From Malacoraja senta (lineage: Eukaryota), in assembly GCA_038087875.1 (NCBI GenBank), contig CM075989.1, forward strand, positions 18,600,001-18,664,000: DNA of 64,000 bases. Direction: 5' to 3'. The notes beneath the pieces are model-generated. The model was not told the DNA's origin. It worked only from the letters and a program-made list of their open reading frames with translations, and did no database searches. A program made the position numbers and the translations under genes. Numbering within the stretch: position 1 is the stretch's first letter; the number at the start of each line of letters is the position of its first letter. This document shows, one piece after another, positions 1-11,871 of this stretch.

Positions 1-919
1 TGGGGATGAAATAATTGATGTGCCAAGCATAGACGATCTCCAAGAAGAAGGTGTCTGCATCCTACTGTTGACATGAAACGATATTATATTTTTCATTACC
101 AAGCAAGTTATGAAATGCTGCAATCTCGCACTGAATCTCGTGCTAATATTTGAATCTCCTGGCTAGTAGAACACATCAGAGAATATATATTCTGTGATGA
201 GTGGCTATCCTCCTAACTTCACAATATAGTCTTTAATACCTCTAAGGCACAAATCAGCGATATGATACCTATCTGCAAGCATGTCGATGTAACATTCAAG
301 AAGCTTGATGTAATTCAAGACAAAGCATTCCATTCCATCTACCAGCTTGGCTATCCATTTCATTTACCACTGACTCATTGTGGTTACATCATGCAATATT
401 TACAGTCCACTGGAATAACTTGCCAAACTGTTTTTAGCAGCATGTATTAAATGTGTTGCCTTTGTTGCCACAGGAGGGAAACGGTCATGTGCAAAACCCA
501 TCACTTTTATCTTTTTGTAAGAGTCGCACCCATTTTGACTAAGGTGTTTTTTTATATGATCAAAAATTTGGCACTGTCCAACTCAGCACCTTTATGATTT
601 GAACAGCACCAATTCAAGAAGTCAACCTATTGCTACCTTCCCAACAGTAGTTGGACAGAAGAATATACAAATATGAGAGGCACAGATAGGGTAGGCAGTC
701 AAAGCCTTTTTCACAAGATGGAAAAATCAAATGCTAGAGGGCATGGCTTTAAGGTGAGAGGGGCAAAGATTAAAGGAGTGTGTGGGCAAGGTTTTGTTTT
801 ACACAGGGTCATAGGTGCCTGGAACGTGCTGGAAAGGGTGGTGCTTGAGGCAGATACAATATAAAATGCTTTTAGATAGGTTAATGGATATGCAGAAAAT
901 GGAGGGATATGGATTATGT

Positions 920-1342
920 GTAAGAAGGAACTGCAGATGCAGGTTTAAACCGAAGATAGACACAAAAAGCTGGAGTAACTAAGACAGGCAGCATCTCTGG
1001 AGAGAAGGAATGGGTGACGTTTCGGGTCGAGACCCTTCTTCAGACTGGTTAGGGATAAGGAAAACAAGAGATATAGATGGTGATGTGGAGAGATAAAGAA
1101 CAATGAATTAAAGATATGCAAAAAAGTAAAGATGATAAAGGAAATGCAAAAAGTAACATAGTTACTTTTTTGCATATCTTTCATTCATTGTTCTTTATCT
1201 CTCCACATCACTGTCTATATCTCTCGTTCCCCTTATCCCTAACCAGTCTGAAGAAGGGTCTCAACCCGAAACGTCACCCATTCCTTCTCTCCAGAGATGT
1301 TGCCAGTCCCGCGAGTTACTCCAGCTTTATGTGTCTATCTTC
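920..1342. mobile_element. Penelope-like fold-back element with two hammerhead-like cores
   Basis: About 180-bp inverted arms (950-1129 and 1162-1344); TSD GGGATATGGATTATGT at 904-919 and 1343-1358. Confidence 0.8.
1012..1047 (-). ncRNA. Putative minimal type I hammerhead ribozyme
   Basis: Minus strand reads CUGAAGA-A-GGGU(CUCG)ACCC-GAAAC-GUC. Confidence 0.6.
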
Positions 1343-2059
1343 GGGATATGGATTATGTTCAGGTAGATAAGAGATGGTCTTAGCATCATGTTCAACACTG
1401 GAATTATGCGCTGATGTGCCTGTTCTTGTGCTATACTAAATGTTTTATATAATAAATATGGACTACGCCTCAAACATAATTTGAAACTACATTTTCTCAT
1501 TAAGCAAATTATTTAGTTGCCAATATAAGTTTTACACAGCATTTCATACCTGAATATAGATGTGCATAATGGCACAATCCTTGTAATTTAAAGTTTGCTC
1601 CAAGGTATTATACAATTACCTTTTGTATTTTCTTTGAATGTTTTAATGCAAAATATAGCTATATTATATATTCATATTGTGAAATAGCATCCGAGATTTT
1701 TAGTTCAACTACTGTAACCCGTAACCTGAACAGTTTAACAATTTGGAAATGTAGCTCCAAACTGAGTTCCCACATGACAGAAGATCTCTTGCAGCCTCGC
1801 AACAGTCGGCAAATTCGTACCGCATATTTTTACTTATTCAAGAGTTTTAATGTCTTCCAAAATACATGTACCTATTTGTTTAAAAATAAAGATGCGCATT
1901 GATATAGTGCCTCTGAAGACATTTCAGAACACATCATAGCCCGTGTAGTATATTTTGAAGCGTAGTCCCCGGTTGTGTAAACCCTAGCAACCAACTTGGG
2001 TATCACAAGCTCTTTCAAATAGTATGTGAAAATGATGATTAAATCTTTTTTTCAATGAA

Positions 2060-2310
2060 AATACTTGAAGGTTAAGTATTGGTGAGGCCACCAAGAATAA
2101 CTACTATTTTTTCTAAAATAGTTTCATGGAATTATTTTCATCCCCCATGAGGACTGGCTGGACTCCAATGTTTCATTGGGAAGATGGCAACTCCAACAGT
2201 ATAGCATTCCCTTCTCCACAATACTTTCTCCACAATAGTTCTCCACAATACTTTCAGTTTAAATTTTTGCACTTGAGATTGTGAAGTAGCCTTTAAACCC
2301 AGAGCTTTTT
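2060..2310 (-). mobile_element. Ancient DeuSINE-like (SacSINE1/AmnSINE-type) relic
   Basis: Degenerate match to the recalled Deu core (…gaagatggcaactccaacagt…). Confidence 0.4.
2212..2252. repeat. Tandem repeat TTCTCCACAATA(CT/G) x3
   Basis: Directly visible. Confidence 0.9.
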
Positions 2311-3100
2311 GCTCTGGGCAAGATTGTTCCTGTTAAACTGCAAGGTATACTTTGCTGGGGTATTTATTTATATTAAACATCCATTTGTATACAGCCAGCT
2401 CCCACCAAGAGAAATGAATTGTTGTGAAGATGAGGTCATCTATTTCAGTGATAACAGCCAAAAGATAAATATAGGCCAGGATGCAGGGAAGAAGGTGCTG
2501 CATCTCTCCCAAACTGCATTTATTATAAAAGTTCAATGGGATCTTTTGCATCTATTTGCGAATGCAGATATGCCTTTTTTTCTTTTGCTGGATGCTGTCC
2601 ATTAGTATAGAGAAAGCAATTTTTAAAGGGACCCCAGCCCTAATTATAGTTGCACTTCATCCTCGTAGGCTGAGCAATAGAGGATGGTATCATATGCTCT
2701 GGTTTATTAAAATTAATTTTAATTAGGATTGTGTTACTCTTTGTAAGCCTATGATAAATTCAGTGATTATTGCTGACTCAAATATGAACTAGATATTTAA
2801 TATAGCTTCCCAAGTATATTTAGAGTGGAATAAACAATTCTGAAATTAGTGTTTGTCTTCATTGCTTAATTTGAGGTTTAACCAACAATGATGGTTGAAA
2901 TCAAATATCTAGATTCATTGAAAAGGCAAAGACTACAATGTATTGAAATAGTTTTGTGTCTTCTGGAAGGTTTAAATCTAATTACACTGAGAGGCCTTTT
3001 GCACCAGAGTTTTCTTTGAGTTTCATTACATGTTGTTCGCTGGCTTTGTTTACATGTTCTTTTGATTTCTTGAAAAGTGATGCCAGTTGTGAATTTAAAT

Positions 3101-3197
3101 GTAGACATAAAATGTTGGAGTAACTCAGCAGGATGGGCAGCATTTCTGGAGAGAAGGAATGGGTGACATTTCGGGTCAAGACCCTTCTTCAAACTTT
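3101..3197 (-). mobile_element. Penelope-like 3' fragment with a degenerate hammerhead core
   Basis: Homologous to 955-1043; possible 12-bp TSD aatttaa(a/g)tgta. Confidence 0.7.
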
Positions 3198-4919
3198 AAT
3201 TTAAGTGTACCAGATATTTGAAAATGTATTCAAGCAGGTATGGGTAAATTATTGCACGTGTACATCCGTTAGTTTCAAGCCTCAAAGTCCATGTGATTCT
3301 CAAATGAGTTTGTGTGTAGCCCTTTAATAAAAACCTAAATGGTGCTATATCCAGTTTAAAATCCACTAACAAAGAATAGACAAATTTACCCGAATAAAAA
3401 TAATATTAACTCTGAATTCATAGACTAAGAATAGCTGCAAAAATGATATCTGCCACTTGGTATTTGTGGAGAAGATACTATGTTTATGCATGCAGGATGG
3501 TGAAATAAGATGGTGGTGAGGTGACCTTGAATTATGAAATTCATACATAACTTTGCAGTTAAAGAAATGTTGAAGTTTCAAATCTGACACTTCTGGGGGA
3601 TGGGGCTTGGTGGTTGGAGGAGTTGTTTAAAGATGCAAGGAAGGATTGGAGAACATGTGAGAAGTACCTGTGATTTCCAAATCTGCATCAACAAATAACA
3701 ATCAACAACAAAAAAATGGATTAATAATTGGAGCTCGGGATGCTTTCGATTGTCGGTGCAGGCTCGAAGGGCCGAATGGCCTACTCCTGCACCTATTTTC
3801 TATGTATCTAGTATGCTTTCGATTGTCAAATAATGATTGTTTGCCAGTGCTTGCCAGCAGGAGAAGGTGAAAATGAAACTCGATTCATTGTTGGAGGCAA
3901 CAGAGATAATGGATGTTCTGACCTTCAACTTGGATTGATTTTATTTTTGGTCTTATGATTTTCTTCCTTTACTTATTTCGTTTCTGGGAAGACATTTTGT
4001 TGTAGTCTTGTTTCATGAACATTGATATTTGGCAATTGTAAACTCTTAAAGAAGGTTTTATTGTTATGGAGTTCTATTTCCTTCAACGTTTAAAATTCTG
4101 ATCACTAACTTCATGGAATTCGTTCTTTTCCTTGGCTACTGTTTGATTCCAGATGAAACCTCTTTTACAAGTTAAAAGGTCTGTCTCACTGTGCGAGTTG
4201 ACCCACGAGTGACCCCGAGTTTAAAACAAATTTAACTCGTGGTAATCACGTACAATTAACGTAGCGGGAACGTCGGAACTCGTGGACGCAACTTAGCGAC
4301 TCTTGGCGCTAACGGGAGGTACACGTGAAACTTGTTAACTCTTGCAAAAGTTCAAACATGTTTGAACTTTTCCACGAGTAAAATGTACTCTTGAGGTTAA
4401 AATTTGAAACATTTTAAACTCGTTGTAAGAACGTAGTGGCCCGTGCGTTTAGCTTTGTGACTCGTGAGTCTACCGTGGAAACTCTTTAGAAACAATAATC
4501 ACGGACAGAAATATCAGTTACTTAGACTTTTTAAAGACAAATTCTGCTTAACAAAGTTAAGCAAGTTATTGATAAGGTGACAGAGTGGGTAGAAAAGAAA
4601 AAATTGCTTTAAGTTTATATATACATTTTGTGTATTTGGGACTGAGCTCACAACCTTAAGACAAACCAGTATTGAGGAACAGCGTGAGAACATTTTATGA
4701 CACTTCATGGCAGCCTAATCTGAGGTTTGCCAGTCACGTCCAGAAGCCATCTCTACCAGTGCTGTTGAAGAAGACAGGGTTGTGTTCACCTCTCCTGCAC
4801 CCCTATTCCGTAGGACAACACCAACTCTTTCATTATGCGGATGTTAAAGGCTGGGTTTTATTGTCAAGCCATGATGCCAGATTCCCGATCTCTTTACTGA
4901 ACTTTACTGAATCAAAGGG

Positions 4920-5110
4920 TTCTATAGGAGGTGCTGCCTCAAAAAGGCAGCCAGCATTGTCATGGACCCACACTACCCTGGCCATGCTCTCATTTCATTC
5001 CTGCTGAGCAGAAGGTATAGGAATCTGAAAACCATGACCTCCAGGTTCAAGAACAGCTTCTTCCCAACAACCATCGGGCTTTTGAACGCAACAAATGCTA
5101 ACTAAACTAT
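4920..5110 (+). mobile_element. Rex1/Babar-type LINE 3' fragment
   Basis: Degenerate HPGH.L...RRYR...SRFKNSFFP C-terminal motif. Confidence 0.65.
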
Positions 5111-5562
5111 GAACTACAAACTGCCTTGTTTGCACTAAGGACTTTGGGATTTTTGCAATAATACTGGATTTTTTAATATATATTTTCTTTGTTTAGTATA
5201 TTATCTATGAGTATTGTGTTTACTGGCCTGTTTTGCTGCTGTAAGTGGGAACTCTTTAACTCAGAGGGCAGGCAGCATCTCTGGAGAGAAGGAATGGGTG
5301 ATGGGATGACATTTCCAAATTGGGTGAGGGGGGTGGGGTGGAGGAGAGAGGGTGGAGAGTGGAGGGAGAGGAGGGGAGACAGATGGGGGTGGCTTCATTC
5401 ACTGGCTGCAGGTGCCTGTCGCTGAAACAGGTAGGTGAGATTTCACATCCACCTTGTGTGTGTGTCTCTCTCTCCCTCCCTCCCTCTCACACAGGCTGAG
5501 AGACTCTGCCTCTGTGTGTACGTCCCTTTCTCCCCCTCTCCCTGGGCTCTATACGCTCATTG

Positions 5563-6706
5563 TAAAGCACATGGCATTGGGGGTTCAGTATTGATGTGGA
5601 TAGAGAACTGGCTGGCAAACAGGAAGCAAAGAGTAGGAGTAAACGGGTCCTTTTCACAATGGCAGGCAGTAACTAGTGGGGTACCGCAAGGCTCAGTGCT
5701 GGGACCCCAGCTATTTACAATATATATTAATGACCTGGATGAGGGAATTGAAGGCAATATCTCCAAGTTTGCGGATGACACTAAGCTGGGGGGCAGTGTT
5801 AGCTGTGAGGAGGATGCTAGGAGACTGCAAGGTGACTTGGATAGGCTGGGTGAGTGGGCAAATGTTTGGCAGATGCAGTATAATGTGGATAAATGTGAGG
5901 TTATCCATTTTGGTGGCAAAAACAGGAAAGCAGACTATTTTCTAAATGGTGGCCGACTAGGAAAAGGGGAGATGCAGCGAGACCTGGGTGTCATGGTACA
6001 CCAGTCATTGAAAGTAGGCATGCAGGTGCAGCAGGCAGTGAAGAAAGCAAATGGTATGTTAGCTTTCATAGCAAAAGGATTTGAGTATAGGTGCAGGGAG
6101 GTTCTACTGCAGTTGTACAGGGTCTTGGTGAGACCACACCTGGAGTATTGCGTACAGTTTTGGTCTCCAAATCTGAGGAAGGACATTATTGCCATAGAGG
6201 GAGTGCAGAGAAGGTTCACCAGACTGATCCCTGGGATGTCAGGACTGTCTTATGAAGAAAGACTGGATAGACTTGGTTTATACTCTCTAGAATTTAGGAG
6301 ATTGAGAGGGGATCTTATAGAAACTTACAAAATTCTTAAGGGGTTGGACAGGCTAGATGCAGGAAGATTGCTCCCGATGTTGGGGAAGTCCAGGACAAGG
6401 GGTCACAGCTTAAGGATAAGGGGGAAATCCTTTAAAACCGAAATGAGAAGAACTTTTTTCACACAGAGAGTGGTGAATCTCTGGAACTCTCTGCCACAGA
6501 GGGTAGTCGAGGCCAGTTCATTGGCTATATTTAAGAGGGAGCTAGATGTGGCCCTTGTGGTTAAAGGGATCAGAGGGTATGGAGAGAAGGCAGGTACGGG
6601 ATACTGAGTGGATGATCAGCCATGATCATATTGAATGGCGGTGCAGGCTCGAAGGGCCGAATGGCCTACTCCTGCACCTAATTTCTATGTTTCTATGTTT
6701 CCTATG
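5563..6706 (+). mobile_element. Young 5'-truncated CR1-clade (HER1-like) LINE, RT C-terminal half with an open frame
   Basis: GVPQGSVLGP, FADD, RDLGV, RPHLEYCVQFWSP, RLRGDLIE motifs; (TTCTATGT)n tail. Confidence 0.95.
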
Positions 6707-8056
6707 AGAGACTTTGAAAAATAAGAATCACATTTCACACATTGATTTTATGACTTTTAATTCTTAACATGACCATAATCACAATCTTTTACACCACCCA
6801 TCACCACTCAGTTTTTTTAACATGTGATGATTTTTAAACACTTCGATATACATTGTTGCCTCAAGATTAACGGGAGACGAACTTGGAACATCGCAGAAAT
6901 GAGAAGTAAACGGGAAACTTAGACATACCCGTGGGAACTCGGTTAAACTCGGGATCATAAACTTGTAGTATCGTACGCAACCACGAGTCTTTCACTCGGG
7001 GTCACTCATGGGTCAACTCGCACAGTGAGACGGCCCTTTTACAACCTATCTGATCCTGAATCTCACCAATGTTATTTCTGTGAGATGCTATGTAAATATG
7101 TTGTTACTGAGCAAAAGAGAACATGATATTTGCATATGAGGCTGAATGAAAGTATCTGATTTGAGTGAGGATGGATCATGTAGGCAAGAATTGGTCTTCA
7201 TGTCCACTGCCTAAGATGGAGGTAGAAATCTGTTTAAAGAATGGTTGTCCCCTTTGGGATGTCACACATTTGTATGTATAATTATGATCGTGTAAGTTTC
7301 CAAATGGCCATTTTTAATGAGTACTGGTATGTGTGGAACTGATCTAGCATGAACTATAACTTTTGGGGAGGGAACTGTTTAAAATGGAACAAAATATTTT
7401 ATTTGTTTAACATGGGAACAGTTCTTGTGCAAGTGTTTGGTGGTATGTTGTGATGGTACTAACACTGCTTACTTTCGAAAATACAACATGTATTTTCACT
7501 ATTAAATGAGTTGTGGGTAATCAAGCTTTCTGTTCTGGAAATAATCCTGGGTAGCCAGCTTTGTAATAACCCTTTAGTACCCATTTTCTTTTTTTTTTTT
7601 GTTCATATTAATTTTGTGCTAAAATATATGAAGTCACATAGTTGTTGTGATTGAGGTGTCTAGCTAATTCAGGTTATACTGCTGCTTGGGGTCATACAGA
7701 CTAAGTTTAAAGTCTAGAACACTCAATTGCCCAAAAATAACGTGTTCTTAATTTTAGCATAAAACTGAAAATATGGTTATTTTACATGTCATTTATATTT
7801 TGTAAATGTATTATCTATTAATTATAGTATACATGCAATATTTACATGGATTAACTGAGTTGAAGTTGAAAACTTTATTAAAAAAATCTCCTCCACATTT
7901 TTCAAAAACAAAAGAAAACCTGGGTATTTTATAAATTTGTAACAGTATGACTCAGTGCTGCCAGAGGTAAATAATCTTTCTTTCCTGATTTTGAGGCTAA
8001 TTGTAATGAAACCTACTTAAAGCTGTGGATGGAAAAACTAGGAATCTATTCAGTAC

Positions 8057-9231
8057 TAGGTCCCACATAAGAGATTAGTATACAAACTTAAAGCACATGG
8101 CATTGGGGGTTCAGTATTGATGTGGATAGAGAACTGGCTGGCAAACAGGAAGCAAAGAGTAGGAGTAAACGGGTCCTTTTCACAATGGCAGGCAGTGACT
8201 AGTGGGGTACCACAAGGCTCAGTGCTGGGACCCCAGCTATTTACAATATATATTAATGAACTGGATGAGGGAATTGAAGGCAATATCTCCAAGTTTGCGG
8301 ATGACACTAAGCTGGGGGGCAGTGTTAGCTGTGAGGAGGATGCTAGGAGACTGCAAGGTGACTTGGATAGGCTGGGTGAGTGGGCAAATGTTTGGCAGAT
8401 GCAGTATAATGTGGATAAATGTGAGGTTATCCATTTTGGTGGCAAAAACAGGAAAGCAGACTATTTTCTAAATGGTGGCCGACTAGGAAAAGGGGAGATG
8501 CAGCGAGACCTGGGTGTCATGGTACACCAGTCATTGAAAGTAGGCATGCAGGTGCAGCAGGCAGTGAAGAAAGCGAATGGTATGTTAGCTTTCATAGCAA
8601 AAGGATTTGAGTATAGGAGCAGGGAGGTTCTACTGCAGTTGTACAGGGTCTTGGTGAGACCACACCTGGAGTATTGCGTACAGTTTTGGTCTCCAAATCT
8701 GAGGAAGGACATTCTTGCCATAGAGGGAGTGCAGAGAAGGTTCACCAGACTGATTCCTGGGATGTCAGGACTGTCTTATGAAGAAAGACTGGATAGACTT
8801 GGTTTATACTCTCTAGAATTTAGGAGATTGAGAGGGGATCTTATAGAAACTTACAAAATTCTTAAGGGGTTGGACAGGCTAGATGCAGGAAGATTGCTCC
8901 CGATGTTGGGGAAGTCCAGGACAAGGGGTCACAGCTTAAGGATTAGGGGGAAATCCTTTAAAACCGAGATGAGAAGAACATTTTTCACACAGAGAGTGGT
9001 GAATCTCTGGAACTCTCTGCCACAGAGGGTAGTCGAGGCCAGTTCATTGGCTATATTTAAGAGGGAGCTAGACGTGGCCCTTGTGGCTAAAGGGATCAGA
9101 GGGTATGGAGAGAAGGCAGGTACGGGATACTGAGTTGGATGATCAGCCATGATCATATTGAATGGCGGTGCAGGCTCGAAGGGCCGAATGGCCTACTCCT
9201 GCACCTAATTTCTATGTTTCTATGTTTCTAT
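8057..9231 (+). mobile_element. Young 5'-truncated CR1-clade LINE, near-identical to 5563-6706
   Basis: 338-aa ORF with the same motifs; (TTCTATGT)n tail. Confidence 0.95.
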
Positions 9232-9839
9232 ACATGTTTTAATGACATAACAGCCTTTAAAATAGCACATTTTCTAGAGAGCATGCTACATCCAAACCTG
9301 CAATGTCATTAATAACATCTGCGTTTTAAAAACATTTTTTTCCAATACCAGAGTAGTGCAGCAGAACAAACGAGGGTGCAAAACTGTTATTTTCTCTGCC
9401 AATACACAATCATCCCGCTTCCTGGTGCAATGAGACATAGACCCATGATCACTTTCATGCTGCATACACGTGTTCCCTCAGGATTTTCTTTATTTGGGCT
9501 GTAAAAGAGGTGACCTATTTTACTAAGACATTGACATGAAATGTCCCAAACTGGAAAAAAAGCGAAAGGCATTTTTGAAAAAGCATTAACTGCAGCTTCA
9601 TCCGTGTCGCATCATTAGTAATCCCTTTTGCATCTGCATTCTACAAACGCACGGAAGTATATATTTGCGCTTTATGAACATGTCCTGTACTTCTAATGAG
9701 AATTCTACATAAGTGTAGATGCTGCTGCTTGCATCAAATGGGTGGTAACTTAATTTGTTGCTTGATCTATGCAGACTTTTGGGGAACTGCAAAAATGTTA
9801 AAATAATGATTCATATTACGGTAGCTTGATTAGAGATGC

Positions 9840-10130
9840 CAATCATGGCTTGGGTGTCACTCTCTTGCATTTGACTCAGCAAAATGTTGTTCAAACATCG
9901 CATGAGAGGTTTAATTATGTAATCCAGGATGACACTTCTTGCAAAACAACATTTTCTGGATAGACGTGTTGGCATTGAAATGGAATATTAAACTGAGATC
10001 CACTTTACTTTGGATGAATGCAAAAGATTGTGTTAATTTAAAGAGGGGGGTGTGTTCTCCTGGGGTAGGCATTACACTATAATATACTTCTGTGAATGGC
10101 TGTGAAGTGCTTTGTGATGCACGTGAAAGG
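9840..10130 (+). mobile_element. Ancient DeuSINE-like relic
   Basis: tRNA-like head and degenerate Deu core, ending in a tgtgaagtgcttt...gtgaaagg tail. Confidence 0.4.
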
Positions 10131-11740
10131 GGTCATTTATTTTCCCAGAAATTAGATTTTTTTAGTGCATTTAAACTTTTTTTGCTTTAGTCACTATGAT
10201 TTAGGTAACTATCCTTTGTGGATTCTCCTAACTGTTCTCTATAATGTGACAGATCATTGGTAACACTAGATCCAAAACAAAATGTAGGAAAGTTGTAGAC
10301 ATCCAAAGCTGTAATTATGTTCCCTGTTATTTTGTGGTTCAATAGTCCCCTATCAGAAGGTAGAATTAATAACATTTTATTAATTGTCACAGAAGATAGC
10401 TGTAATTTTCCTTGTGGATTAGAAAGCTTTTGAAATCTTGGCATATTATCCACCCGTACCTGTTAAAGAAACAGGATTTGAAAGTTACACTAAATGTGTG
10501 ACAACTGTACGTGTGAACCAGTCCCCAGGCTAGGCGTCCGAAATCATTGTTGGGTAATTTACACCCAAACTATTGCACTAATAAACTGGAAAGTCTTAAT
10601 CTAAATAGTTTAATATGACTATAATTAACCAGTTGCACTTTTTTTGGAAAATTATATTGAGCTCATTATTATTTGGGAGAAGTCCTAGCTACGAATGTCC
10701 TAGTGATCACCAGAAATTTTACATTCACTTTTATATTTGACAAGTCAGGAGAAATCTGAAGATGATTTTATTCTCTAGCAACTATAACTGCAATGGCACT
10801 GGTGGATCAGCAGATGTTTTGTTTCCAAACCACATCTAGGGAATACCCAAGGGCTAATGTACACTCAAATTGGATTTGTACAAGGAAAAGCCTTTTCTTT
10901 GACGGTGTGGAGTAGGCAAATTAAAGTGGACAGATCTGGGGGCTGTGATGAGGGGAAGAAGATGGCTCCTAGGCACATGAGTGAATGTCAGGCATTTTAT
11001 TTGAAATGGAGGTATTAGGTTTGTCATGGGCAAGCATTAAGAATTGGTGTTCACACTTGAGGATCCTTAAGGTTGAGCAGAGAATTGTTTTCAGAATTCA
11101 GGGCAGTTGGGAGTGGATAAGCTGTGAAACAAATGAGGAATAGGGTTAGAGATTGTTGTGAGATTTTTTTAGTTGATTCAGGTAGCTATAGATTGGCCGA
11201 GGATGTGTCGGATGGGGAATGTGACCTGGGAAGATAAGAATTTGGGTGGGATAGGAGCCCTGAGGGAGGTAGAACCAGTAAGGAAAATTACTTGAATAAC
11301 AAAAGTTCATTTAAATTGTCAGGCATCTTGAGTGGACCATGGACTGGGCGGGTGTGGAAAAATGTAGAAATGATATTCAGATCTGCAGTGCAAGTTATTG
11401 GACGCCATGTTACATATCCAAGACTCTCTGATCATAATTAAAAAGGTCTTGGACCAAAATTCCGTAATTATGTTAGAGATTCCTAATTTTCTACTGAAAC
11501 TCTTACCAGCGAAGATGTAGTTAATCGAATGGCTTATAATTATCTGGAAGACATCAGTGAGGTATCTACCATAAGTAGGGCTGTAGCAGCATACTGTTGA
11601 GATTTTAACCCCAAAGGGCCTTGCTCTTTGTCAACATTGTTAAGTTTTGAAAGTCTGTGTTAAAATTAAAATGTTTAAATTCTTTAATGTTTAGAGAATA
11701 ATCTAAATGAATTAAACTAAGAAATAAATATTTTTTATTT

Positions 11741-11871
11741 ATGAAGAAGGGTCTCGACCCGAAACATCACCCATTCCTTCTCTCCAGAGATGCTGCCTGT
11801 CCCGTTGAGTTATTCCAGCATTTTGTGTCTACCTTCGATTTAAACCAGCATCTGCAGTTCTTTCCTACACA
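11741..11871 (+). mobile_element. Penelope-like 3' end with hammerhead-like core
   Basis: tgaagaagggtctcgacccgaaacatcaccc...ctacac; flanking TAAGAAATAAATA at 11718-11730 and 11872-11884. Confidence 0.8.

Larger units (their letters stand above)
670..1445 (+). mobile_element. Old CR1-clade LINE 3' fragment, interrupted by a Penelope-like insertion
   Basis: Degenerate RGHxxK...FTQRV..W motif and CR1 3' UTR; sequence resumes after a 16-bp duplication. Confidence 0.7.
4173..7041. mobile_element. Non-autonomous DNA transposon (Harbinger/PIF-like termini) with nested retroelements
   Basis: About 48-bp TIRs TAAAAGG(T/G)C(T/C)GTCTCACTGTGCGAGTTGACCCA(C/T)GAGTGACCCCGAGT at both ends; 26-bp perfect palindrome at 4346-4371. 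Confidence 0.75.

Noticed and set aside
945-1370. Recurring short ORFs containing KRHPFLLSRDAA as a peptide family
   Set aside because: Translations of the non-coding Penelope-like repeat with inconsistent starts and frames.
5435-5562. N-terminal extension of the 390-aa ORF as a novel RT fusion protein
   Set aside because: Low-complexity flanking sequence in frame by chance; the start is GTG and the RT lacks its N-terminal half.
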